From an uncultured bacterium (GTDB lineage Bacteria > Acidobacteriota > Aminicenantia > Aminicenantales > Aminicenantaceae), in contig CBESWG010000001.1 in NCBI GenBank assembly GCA_965533275.1, forward strand, positions 145,388 through 209,387: DNA of 64,000 nucleotides, read 5' to 3'. Positions within the stretch are counted from its first letter, which is position 1. Each line of letters opens with the position of its first letter. Below are positions 47,055 through 56,170 of the stretch, piece after piece. The notes beneath the pieces are model-generated. The model ran no database searches and had not been told where the DNA came from. It saw only the letters and a list, made by a program, of their open reading frames with translations. Made by a program: the position numbers and the translations under genes.

Positions 47055-48569
47055 ATGAATCATCGTGTAAATTTGAGACCGTTGATCTTGTCCATGATAT
47101 TGATGTCCATCATTCTTGGAGGCTGTAAAAAGGCGCAAAAGGAAGCAGAGCCTCTTAGATATGTTGATTTGCCCAACATCGTCGTCATACTGGCGGACGA
47201 CATGGGATATGGAGACGTGCAGGCCTTTAATTCCGACTCAAAGATCCCGACACCCCACCTCAACCGCCTGGCACAAGAGGGCATGCGCTTCGTGGATGCC
47301 CATTCCGGTTCTGGGGTTTGTTCCCCCACGCGCTACGGACTACTCACGGGACGATACAGCTGGCGCACCTGGATGAAAAGCGGCGTCCTCTGGCCTCCCG
47401 ATGATCGGCCGCTCATCGAGCCGGATCGCCTGACCATCGCAGGCATGCTCAAGCAGCGCGGCTATCGCACGGCCTGCGTCGGCAAGTGGCACCTGGGTTT
47501 CGATTGGGGCCGCAACGAAAGCGGCGAGGTCGACTTCAGCCTGCCGCTCCGGTATGGCCCCACGGATGTGGGCTTCAATGAATTCTTCGGGATAGCGGGT
47601 TCACTGGACATGATCCCCTATGTTTTTTACAACAACAGGATGCCGAGTGACCTTATATCGGAGGCCCAGGAGGGGCTGGCCTTTCCCAAGTTCATCAGAG
47701 AGGGGCCTCGAGCCCGGGATTTCGATCCCGAAACGGTCCTGGACCGCCTGACCGAGCAGTCCATCGATTTCATCGAGCGGAGTGCCTCCGCATCCGGGCC
47801 CTTTTTCCTCTACTTTCCCATGACAGCCCCCCATAAACCGGTCTGGCCGGCCGCCCCTTTCCAGGGACAGACAGACTTGGGGCCATATGGAGATTTCATC
47901 GCACAGACAGATGATACGGTGGGCCGCATCCTCCAGGCACTGAATGATGCGGGCGTCGCTGAAAATACGCTGCTAATATTTACCAGCGATAACGGATCCT
48001 ATATGTACCGCATCCCGGAGGAAAATCTCGATCACATTGAGGATGAACATGTCCAGGGCTTCAATCCCTCTCGCCACGCCTCCAACTATATCTGGCGCGG
48101 TACCAAGGCCGATGTCTGGGAGGGAGGACACAGGGTGCCCTTCATCGTCCGCTGGCCGGGTAAGGTCCGCCCGGGCAGCCTGAGTGAACAGACGATCTGT
48201 TTGACCGATCTCATGTCCACCTTGGCCGATATTGCCCAGTTCCCTCTGCCGGAAGATTCCGCCGAGGACAGCTTCAGCCTCCTGCCTTTGTGGAAAGGGG
48301 ATGGCTTGACAAAGCAGCGCATGCCGGTGATCCATCACTCGAGCAACGGGACCTTTGCGCTTCGAGAGGGTAAATGGAAGCTCGTGTTCGGTAGCGGGTC
48401 CGGGGGCCGTCAGAAACCGGTGGGGAAACCCTTTGAAGAGCCCTATTTTTTGTTCGACCTGGAGGCCGATCCATCGGAAACCCGGAATGTGATCGAGCAG
48501 TATCCTGAGATCGCAAGAGAACTCACAGAAAAACTCAAATCCATCCGGCAGGAAGGACGCAGCCGATAA
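47055..48569 (+). CDS. Sulfatase (arylsulfatase family), formylglycine-dependent
   Basis: 'VVILADDMGYGDV' and the 'CSPTRYGLLTGRY' CxPxR formylglycine motif. Signal/lipoprotein N-terminus. Confidence 0.85.
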   Translation: MNHRVNLRPLILSMILMSIILGGCKKAQKEAEPLRYVDLPNIVVILADDMGYGDVQAFNSDSKIPTPHLNRLAQEGMRFVDAHSGSGVCSPTRYGLLTGRYSWRTWMKSGVLWPPDDRPLIEPDRLTIAGMLKQRGYRTACVGKWHLGFDWGRNESGEVDFSLPLRYGPTDVGFNEFFGIAGSLDMIPYVFYNNRMPSDLISEAQEGLAFPKFIREGPRARDFDPETVLDRLTEQSIDFIERSASASGPFFLYFPMTAPHKPVWPAAPFQGQTDLGPYGDFIAQTDDTVGRILQALNDAGVAENTLLIFTSDNGSYMYRIPEENLDHIEDEHVQGFNPSRHASNYIWRGTKADVWEGGHRVPFIVRWPGKVRPGSLSEQTICLTDLMSTLADIAQFPLPEDSAEDSFSLLPLWKGDGLTKQRMPVIHHSSNGTFALREGKWKLVFGSGSGGRQKPVGKPFEEPYFLFDLEADPSETRNVIEQYPEIARELTEKLKSIRQEGRSR

Positions 48570-48625
48570 TCGAGTTTAACGGGCCTGAATGTATCGAACC
48601 ACTATTTAATTGAGGGGATGGTTAA

Positions 48626-51031
48626 ATGATTTTATGCTTTAAGAAGACTGGGATCCTGATCCTCGGGTTCGTGCTGATGCTAGCTGCCAATTCCTGGGCA
48701 ATGCCTAAAGCTCCAGAAGCCAATCCTTGGAATTTGCTTCTCTGGTATCCCGAACCGGCTCTCGAGTGGACCGAAGCCCTCCCCGTGGGGAACGGCAGAC
48801 TGGGAGGAATGGTGTTCGGCGGTGTGGAGCGGGAACATATCCAGTTTAACGAGGATTCCTTGTGGACCGGCATTCCCAGGGAGTATACAAATGCCGGCGC
48901 CTCTGAATATCTCCCGGAGATCCGGCGCATGCTGTTCGAGGGGGCGCAGCGTGAAGCAGAGGAACTGGCTCTGCGCACTTTCATGTCCGTTCCCCTGCGG
49001 CAGGAACGCTACCAGCCATTTGGCGATATCTGGATCGAGTTTACAGGAGAGGGAGGGGAGATTACCGACTATCGAAGAAAACTGGACCTGAACACCGCTG
49101 TCGCCTCCGTTCAGTACAAGCAGGGCAAGGCCACTTACACACGATCGGTCTTTTCCAGCTTCCCGGATCAGGTCCTGGTGGTACGGATTGTGTCGGAAAC
49201 AAAAACACGCCTGGATCTGACCATCTCCATGGCCACTCCCCACGCTGAGGCACACGTGAGGGCCTCGGACGATGTCATTTACCTCGGAGGCAGGGTTTCC
49301 GACTATCTAGACCGGCGCGAGAACATCTCTCGACCGAGCATCCTCAAGTTCGAGTCGAGGCTCAAGGTCTACGAACACGACGGCGAACTGGCGCGGGACG
49401 GGAGCAAACTGCGGATCACCAGGGCCAGTGCCGTAACATTGATCCTGGCTGGTGCGACCAGCTACAAAAACTATACGGAGGTCGACGCGGATGCAGCACG
49501 GCGCTGCGAACAGGTCCTGAATGCAGTAGAGGGAGACTACGACTCGCTCTTGGAGAGGCATATTCGAGACCACCAGGCCCTGTTTCGCAGGGTTGAGATC
49601 GACCTGGGCCGCACGGAACAGGCAGCGAAGCCCACACATGAGCGGATCCTGGACTTCAGCAAGGGGAACGATCCGGACCTGTCTGCCCTGGTCTTCCAAT
49701 ACGGCCGCTACCTTTTGATCGCCAGCAGCAGGCCCGGATCGCAGCCCGCTACGCTGCAGGGCATCTGGAACGACCAGCTGGAGCCTCCCTGGGAGAGCAA
49801 GTACACGACCAACATCAACTTCGAGATGAACTACTGGCCGGCCGAGCTCTGCAACCTCTCCGAGTGCCACGAGCCCATGTTCAGTCTGCTCCAGGACTGT
49901 TCGGTCAGCGGGCGGAAGACCGCAAATGTGCACTATGATGCGAGAGGATGGGCCGTCCACCACAACACAGACATCTGGCGCGGATCCGCTCCCATCAACG
50001 CCTCGAACCACGGCATCTGGGCCACCGGAGGTGCCTGGATGTGTCAGCACCTGTGGTGGCGGTATGCGTACACACAGGACAATACTTTTTTGGAAAAACG
50101 AGCCTATCCCATCATGAAACAGGCCGCCCTGTTTTTCGTGGATTATCTGGTAGAGGATCCGCGGAACGAGCAAGGCTGGCTTATCTCCGGGCCCTCGAAT
50201 TCCCCCGAGAACGGGGGGCTGGTCATGGGGCCTACCATGGATCATCAGATCATCCGCAACCTGTTCAGCAACTGCATAGAGGCCTCAAGGATTTTAGAAA
50301 AGGACCAAGAACTCCGGGCTCAGCTCATGGAATTTCGCTCGCGCCTGGCTCCCAATCAGATCGGCCAGCACGGCCAGCTCCAGGAATGGCTGGAAGACAG
50401 GGACGACCCAAAGAACAAGCACCGCCATGTCTCGCATTTGTGGGGCTTGCACCCGGGCAGCGAGATCACACAGGAAGACACGCCGGAACTTTTCGCGGCA
50501 GCACGCAAGTCACTGGAGATGCGCGGAGATGGAGGTACGGGGTGGTCCATGGGATGGAAGGTCAATTTCTGGGCGCGGCTCAAAGACGGGGACAGGGCCT
50601 ACAAGCTCATCAATAACCTGCTACGCCTGACAGGCTCTCCCCTAACCGAGTATTCCGGAGGTGGGGTCTATCCCAACCTGTTCGATGCGCATCCGCCCTT
50701 TCAGATCGACGGAAATTTCGGGATCACGAGCGGGATCGCCGAGATGCTGTTGCAATCCCATCGGAGGGGTGAAGACGGGCACTATATCCTGGAACTTCTG
50801 CCCGCATTGCCTTCGGCCTGGCCGACCGGCTACGTAAAAGGCCTGTGTGCACGAGGAGGTTTTGTCGTCGAGATCTCCTGGAAGAACGGCAAGCTTGCGC
50901 AGGCAGAGATTCTTTCTCGTGCCGGAAGACTCTGTGTTGTCAGTTACAAGAAAGCACAGATAGAACTCATGACAGAGATGGGGACCACGTATCTTTTGGA
51001 TGGCAAGCTTTCTACACGGATACCAGAATGA
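48626..51031 (+). CDS. Glycoside hydrolase family 95 (alpha-L-fucosidase-like)
   Basis: 801 aa, signal peptide. The GH95-type N-terminus 'LLLWYPEPALEWTEALPVGNGRLGGMVFGG...EHIQFNEDSLWTG'. Confidence 0.7.
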   Translation: MILCFKKTGILILGFVLMLAANSWAMPKAPEANPWNLLLWYPEPALEWTEALPVGNGRLGGMVFGGVEREHIQFNEDSLWTGIPREYTNAGASEYLPEIRRMLFEGAQREAEELALRTFMSVPLRQERYQPFGDIWIEFTGEGGEITDYRRKLDLNTAVASVQYKQGKATYTRSVFSSFPDQVLVVRIVSETKTRLDLTISMATPHAEAHVRASDDVIYLGGRVSDYLDRRENISRPSILKFESRLKVYEHDGELARDGSKLRITRASAVTLILAGATSYKNYTEVDADAARRCEQVLNAVEGDYDSLLERHIRDHQALFRRVEIDLGRTEQAAKPTHERILDFSKGNDPDLSALVFQYGRYLLIASSRPGSQPATLQGIWNDQLEPPWESKYTTNINFEMNYWPAELCNLSECHEPMFSLLQDCSVSGRKTANVHYDARGWAVHHNTDIWRGSAPINASNHGIWATGGAWMCQHLWWRYAYTQDNTFLEKRAYPIMKQAALFFVDYLVEDPRNEQGWLISGPSNSPENGGLVMGPTMDHQIIRNLFSNCIEASRILEKDQELRAQLMEFRSRLAPNQIGQHGQLQEWLEDRDDPKNKHRHVSHLWGLHPGSEITQEDTPELFAAARKSLEMRGDGGTGWSMGWKVNFWARLKDGDRAYKLINNLLRLTGSPLTEYSGGGVYPNLFDAHPPFQIDGNFGITSGIAEMLLQSHRRGEDGHYILELLPALPSAWPTGYVKGLCARGGFVVEISWKNGKLAQAEILSRAGRLCVVSYKKAQIELMTEMGTTYLLDGKLSTRIPE

Positions 51032-51135
51032 TCAGGCCCTGAGCTTCTGTTTGTTGACTTGGGTATGTTTTCTGTTTATCTTGGATGACGTTCCACTATT
51101 TTAGTGTGCACTTCTTAGGCTCGAGGACAGCTGCT

Positions 51136-52170
51136 ATGAAAAAACTCTTTTGCATTCTTCTTATTCCGGTACTGTTCTGCGTTACTGTCGCGGCACAAAG
51201 CTACGAGGGAGAAGACGGGAAAATACGGATTGTGATCGTAAAGGATCCTTACTCAGACTCCCGAACCGGCCCAGAGCTCTTGAAGGGCCCGGTCCATCTG
51301 GACAACAGTGGACTTAGGGAACTCCTATTGGGATCGGGCTGCGCGATCGAAAAGATCCTGGAGGTCCAGATGCCGGAGGAGAGGGAGCGGGAGTACGGGG
51401 AGTGGAACCGGGCCTCCCTGACCAACAGGGAGCTCGGCAGGAGTATCTACGCGTACGACAGGGATGAATGCTTCTTCATTGGGCTTTTATCCGGCAGCAA
51501 ATCGTTGGTAGGAATGCTGGCCGGGCTCCAGCACCTGGGGCCGGGCCGTGCACCGCTCCGGGACAGCCGCGGCCGGGATATCTTAGGCCTTCCCCGCCTG
51601 GGAGAGGGGCGTCCCCTGAAAGTGGGACTTGTCTGGATAGATGCCCGGGCCGCCTTCAACACTCCGGACATCACCATCGAGGGCGACATGGGCGGCATGA
51701 ACGTCGCCATGGCAGCAGGGAGGTGTTTCGAAACACTGAGGCTGCAGGCGGGCCTGGATCCTCCTCTCTCCACCAAGTATATCGTCATGGCAGGCGTGAG
51801 GGACACCAGTCCTTATGAGCAGGTCCACATCGACGAATCGTTCATCGAAAGCATCTCGACAGAGGCTCTAAGAAGGTGCGATAAAGTAATCGAAGAACAG
51901 ATGCTGCGCTTGAGTGCGATAACAGATCTCATCTATGTTCACGTGGATCTATCCGTGCTCGATCCCGGAGAGATCCCAGGCCAACCACGGCCTGTCAAGG
52001 AGGGTGTTTCAAGCCGGGAGTTGTCTAGCGCTCTGGAGCTCGTTTTCACACACCCCAAGGCCGCAGCTCTAGGTATCGCGTCCATGCCTGAAAATCCAGA
52101 AGAGGTTTCTCTGCAAGCCGTAAACACCCTGGTTGAAGGTGTTATCACGGGGATCAAGAAGAGAAGATGA
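51136..52170 (+). CDS. Secreted arginase/ureohydrolase-fold protein, paralog 1, with degenerate metal-binding motifs
   Basis: Signal peptide 'MKKLFCILLIPVLFCVTVAAQ'. Colinear with paralog 2, but 'DARAAFNTP' replaces DAHAD and 'VDLSVLDP' replaces DxD. Confidence 0.55.
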   Translation: MKKLFCILLIPVLFCVTVAAQSYEGEDGKIRIVIVKDPYSDSRTGPELLKGPVHLDNSGLRELLLGSGCAIEKILEVQMPEEREREYGEWNRASLTNRELGRSIYAYDRDECFFIGLLSGSKSLVGMLAGLQHLGPGRAPLRDSRGRDILGLPRLGEGRPLKVGLVWIDARAAFNTPDITIEGDMGGMNVAMAAGRCFETLRLQAGLDPPLSTKYIVMAGVRDTSPYEQVHIDESFIESISTEALRRCDKVIEEQMLRLSAITDLIYVHVDLSVLDPGEIPGQPRPVKEGVSSRELSSALELVFTHPKAAALGIASMPENPEEVSLQAVNTLVEGVITGIKKRR

Positions 52171-52195
52171 AGCGCTTTTTACAGGAATAGAAAAT

Positions 52196-53194
52196 ATGAA
52201 ACCAAATATCCTTAGAATAGGTCTGGTGTGCCTCCTGCTGTCCCTCCCGATTCTGAGTCCCGGTCAGGAGTACAGGGGTGGGGGAGAGGTCAAAATAGCC
52301 ATTGCCAAGAATCCCTTCGGAGCGTCGGAAAGCATCATCGAGCAAGGGCTGATTCAAAGACTCGAGGCCCAGGGAGGAATTGTCATCAAGAATGAGACAT
52401 TTTCCTTGACCGAGGAGGAAGAGGCATACAGAGGGTGGGCACGGAACGCCCTCGTCAGCCGCCACCTGGCCGACCTGATCTCGTCCAATCGAAAGAACGA
52501 ATACCTGGTCATCGGGCTCCTTGGCAGCTGTGCCGACCTGCCGGGGATCCTGGGCGGGCTGCAGCACATGGGACCGGGACAGGAGGAAGAGGTCTACCAC
52601 CTGGCCGCCTATGTCCCGCACAGGATCGCCCTGGTGTATTTCGATGCGCATGCCGACATCAACACGCCGGAATCCACCCTGAGCGGGATGTACGGGGGGA
52701 TGGATGTGTCCCTGTCCGCGGGCCTTTTTAATCCCAACAACCGGATCGCCGCCGGCCTCGATCCGCCCTTGCCCCCCTCCTACATACTCCTGGCGGATGT
52801 TCGGGATACCGACCCGAGGGAGATGGAGCTCATCGACCGGCTGAAGATCGAGATCCTCTCCACGGATGACATACGGAATCTCACTCCCAATGTGCGCATC
52901 CAAATGGACCGCCTGAGCAACCTGGCAGATCTGATATACATCCATGTGGACATGGATGTCCTGGCACCGGAAGAGGTCAGGGGACACAACCTGACCGCAC
53001 CCAACGGCCCAACGAGCGAGGAACTTGCGGCCTGCATAGAGCTGATGTTTACGTATCCCAAGACCGCGTCCATCGGTATCGCCTCTACACCCTATGGGCC
53101 CCGTGATCCCGATCACCTTTCGCGCCGGGCCGCGGTCCGGTTGATCGAAGGTGCAGTCAAGGGAGTCCAAAAAAGATATCGCCCGCAGGATTGA
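52196..53194 (+). CDS. Secreted arginase/ureohydrolase-fold protein, paralog 2 (motifs largely intact)
   Basis: Signal peptide. 'VYFDAHADINTPESTLSGMYGGMDVSLSAG' closely parallels arginase 'DAHADINTP...SGN.HG.PVS'. 'DVRDTDP' and 'HVDMDVLAP' are also present. Confidence 0.65.
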   Translation: MKPNILRIGLVCLLLSLPILSPGQEYRGGGEVKIAIAKNPFGASESIIEQGLIQRLEAQGGIVIKNETFSLTEEEEAYRGWARNALVSRHLADLISSNRKNEYLVIGLLGSCADLPGILGGLQHMGPGQEEEVYHLAAYVPHRIALVYFDAHADINTPESTLSGMYGGMDVSLSAGLFNPNNRIAAGLDPPLPPSYILLADVRDTDPREMELIDRLKIEILSTDDIRNLTPNVRIQMDRLSNLADLIYIHVDMDVLAPEEVRGHNLTAPNGPTSEELAACIELMFTYPKTASIGIASTPYGPRDPDHLSRRAAVRLIEGAVKGVQKRYRPQD

Positions 53195-53210
53195 ACCAAG
53201 GCCTGAGACG

Positions 53211-54659
53211 CTAGCGGATCTTATCTTCGAAATTGCTGTGCTGCCACATGCGGATCACGTTCCCATCCGCATCCCTTTCGAACAGCACCTCCTCACCGAG
53301 GGTCTTATCATCCCTAATCCGGCGAAATGTATCAGATTCGATGTGTTTGAGCAGTGTAAGCCTCTGGGCCGGGTTGTCCGTGGGCAATCCCAGGACCGCA
53401 AGCTGCCCGTACCAGGGAAAGACTGCGGTCTCTCCTGACCAGGGCTGTGCATTGTATGTTCCTGCATAGGCCTCCAGGTCCTTGCCCGGCTCGATCGTCA
53501 CTATTTTCTGGCCTCGAGCTTTGTTAAGGAGCCCCCGCATCCCTGTCGCATATTTTGTGGGGTTGACACCCCCTGCATTGATCATAACGATGAACGCCTG
53601 CTTCTTCTGTGGATCCATCCTCAGCGTACTGCGGTAGCCAGGGCAGGAGCCACCATGGCCGACAAACGTTCTGTCATCGACCTCATAGACAGAGAAGCCC
53701 AAGCCCCAGGCAGAATCCCAGTCCGGGTCCACCCAGTGGACACGCTGCATCTCTCTCAGGGTTGAGGCCTTGAGAATCTCATGGCCTCCGTTGGCCAGAA
53801 GACGGAACTGCCAGGATGCAAAGCGTGCCAGGTCATGGACGGTAGAGGAAAAGCCAGCTGCCGGCGATATGCCCTCGGCCTGAAACAGCCGGAGCATTTC
53901 GCGGCTGCCGTCGCGTTTGAGCGCGGAATATCCCGTGGCCAGCCTGCCTCTCCAGAGGTTTTCGGGCATCCGGGTCCGTGTGTCGGACAGGCGCAGAGGT
54001 TTCAGGATGTTGTCGGCTATGTAGACGTCGAAAGGAACTCCCGATAACTCAGCCACGATCTCGCCCAGCAGGGTCAGCCCCAAGTTGCTGTACTGAAAAT
54101 ATGTGGAGGGCGGGTAGAGAGCTTTTTGGTATCCGAGTTTCTCCTTTATCTGTTTTTGGGAGGGGAAGGGGAAATCAGGCCCGGTCCAGTACGGGTAATC
54201 GGATTCTCGAGGCAGGCCGGATGAATGAGTGAGGAGTGTCCTGACAGTGACAGGGCCGCCGTCTTCCCACGGCTGCTCTAGGGAGAACCAGGGAAGCAGG
54301 TCGCCCACCCGGTCTTCAAGGCGGAGCTTGCCGACATCCCTGAGCTGCATGACCGCCACGGAGGTAAACAACTTGGAGATCGAACAGATGCTGTAGATCG
54401 TTGAAGGGTCCGCTGCAACAGCTTTCTCCAGGTCAGCTTGCCCGTATCCATTCGACCAGATCACATCCTGGTCCTCAACCATTGAAGCCGAGATACCGGG
54501 CAGTCTATCATAGTCCCGCTGGGCTTCAAGCCAGGTGTCGATGGCACGGAATGCGGGCGCCAGGTCCCTATCATCCTCTGCCTGGCCAAAGCTGATGGCA
54601 AGAGTCATACAAAAAATCATGAATACTATACAAAATCCGGCAAACTGGCTCCTTCTCAT
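53211..54659 (-). CDS. Serine hydrolase, beta-lactamase class C / PBP4-like family
   Basis: Signal peptide. 'YSICSISKLFT' (SxxK), 'YQYSNLG' (YxN) and 'HGG' motifs. Confidence 0.75.
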   Translation of the reverse strand: MRRSQFAGFCIVFMIFCMTLAISFGQAEDDRDLAPAFRAIDTWLEAQRDYDRLPGISASMVEDQDVIWSNGYGQADLEKAVAADPSTIYSICSISKLFTSVAVMQLRDVGKLRLEDRVGDLLPWFSLEQPWEDGGPVTVRTLLTHSSGLPRESDYPYWTGPDFPFPSQKQIKEKLGYQKALYPPSTYFQYSNLGLTLLGEIVAELSGVPFDVYIADNILKPLRLSDTRTRMPENLWRGRLATGYSALKRDGSREMLRLFQAEGISPAAGFSSTVHDLARFASWQFRLLANGGHEILKASTLREMQRVHWVDPDWDSAWGLGFSVYEVDDRTFVGHGGSCPGYRSTLRMDPQKKQAFIVMINAGGVNPTKYATGMRGLLNKARGQKIVTIEPGKDLEAYAGTYNAQPWSGETAVFPWYGQLAVLGLPTDNPAQRLTLLKHIESDTFRRIRDDKTLGEEVLFERDADGNVIRMWQHSNFEDKIR

Positions 54660-54751
54660 GCTGACCTCCTAGTACTCATACTGGGGAAATACGGCCTCCC
54701 CTGAGGCAGATCGAGCTTAGCACACGGTAAACAGGGGAGTCAAACGTTTGC

Positions 54752-56167
54752 ATGGCCATACGGATTTGTCGTATGTTAGGGACGGATGCGAGAGGAGGAA
54801 GGCGATTGTCCAAACGCAAAAAACTGTTTAAGATCACACTAATATCCGCAGCAATCGTGGTCGCTATCGTACTGGTGCTGGCCATCGTAGCGTGGCTGAC
54901 GATCGATGCGGACATGATCGAATCGGCACTGGAGGGGCAGATTTCCCGAGAGGTCGAGATCGGAGGGATTGAGGCCAGTCTGTTCTCATCGGTATCGGGA
55001 TTCACTGTCGAGCAGTTAACCATCTCGAACCATCGCAGCAGAGAGCAGCTCGAATCGGAAAAAAAGATCAGTGACGATGAGATCTTTATGCGGCTCGATT
55101 CCCTCAAGCTCAAGTTCGAATTCTGGCCACTCCTGCGCAGACAGCTCAAAGTTCGCAGCCTGCTCATTGAAAGGCCCGAGATCCGGCTGACCCGCTTTCC
55201 AGATGGTTCCTTGAATGTGTCCGACCTGATGACAGAAGGCCTACCCGAGAAGGAGATGGAGGCGGGAGACATCCCTCTTTCCCTGTCTGTCGATCGCATC
55301 CGTGTCAGCGATGGGATACTGCTGTTCGAGGATCAGACCAATGGTAGCCAATACCGGATATCCAGTTTTAATCTGGAGATCTATGACATACGGATCGATC
55401 CCAGAAATCTGGAAGAACAAAATTCTCTCCAGATAGTGGGCGATGCTGTACTCGAATCCGAGTTTTTGCCTGCGGGAGGATTTGCCCAGGAGGTCGAGGC
55501 CGAATTTCGGATGCACGGTCAGATCCAACCCTTCGATCCGGTATCGGGGAATCCCGACCCACAAGTTGACATGCAGCTTGAAACCCCATCCGGCCTGATC
55601 AAGGGATCTGAACTCTTTGCCCGACTGCGCTCATCTCCCGTGCTTGACAGGTTCGGGATCACCCCAGATTTTCTCCCTGATGACCTGGACTGGAAGGATG
55701 GCTCCATTCTTTTGTCCATGGCCGGGAATATCGTGCGTTTGGAGGAAGGAAGGTTCCGCCTGGAAGGCTATGGGATGAATTACGGCGGTTCTTTCGACCT
55801 AAAGAGCGAAGCAGTAGATGCTGACCTGGAACTCCTTCTCGATCGGGATCTCAATGCCCCCATAACCAGGGCCTTCGGCAGTCAGGCGGATGCGGCCCTC
55901 CGGTCCGACATGAAAAAATATGTTTCCGGAGATGACATCGCGCAGACATTGATCGGCGCTATGCAGAATGAGGACCAGCAGATACAGCTCCTGTTTCGGA
56001 TCTCGGGAACGCTTCAAGATCCCAAGACGGAACTGAGCGGGCCAGCATCCGCAGCCTTAAGTGCCGCAGTGCAGTCCCTTATCGCAGAACGAGCACGTGC
56101 TGCGGGTGAACAGGCCGTAAAAGAGACGCTGACAAACAAACTCAAGGGCCTGATCAAGAAGAAATAA
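54752..56167 (+). CDS. AsmA family protein
   Basis: N-terminal TM anchor 'ITLISAAIVVAIVLVLAIVAWL' followed by an extended beta-rich periplasmic region typical of AsmA-like proteins. Confidence 0.5.
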   Translation: MAIRICRMLGTDARGGRRLSKRKKLFKITLISAAIVVAIVLVLAIVAWLTIDADMIESALEGQISREVEIGGIEASLFSSVSGFTVEQLTISNHRSREQLESEKKISDDEIFMRLDSLKLKFEFWPLLRRQLKVRSLLIERPEIRLTRFPDGSLNVSDLMTEGLPEKEMEAGDIPLSLSVDRIRVSDGILLFEDQTNGSQYRISSFNLEIYDIRIDPRNLEEQNSLQIVGDAVLESEFLPAGGFAQEVEAEFRMHGQIQPFDPVSGNPDPQVDMQLETPSGLIKGSELFARLRSSPVLDRFGITPDFLPDDLDWKDGSILLSMAGNIVRLEEGRFRLEGYGMNYGGSFDLKSEAVDADLELLLDRDLNAPITRAFGSQADAALRSDMKKYVSGDDIAQTLIGAMQNEDQQIQLLFRISGTLQDPKTELSGPASAALSAAVQSLIAERARAAGEQAVKETLTNKLKGLIKKK

Positions 56168-56170
56168 TCA

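Noticed and set aside
49307-50245. 312-aa minus-strand ORF inside the GH95 gene, and similar ORFs at 52154..53170 and 46038..47012
   Set aside because: All are antisense or straddle real genes. They have Pro/Arg/Gly-rich low-complexity translations and no start context.
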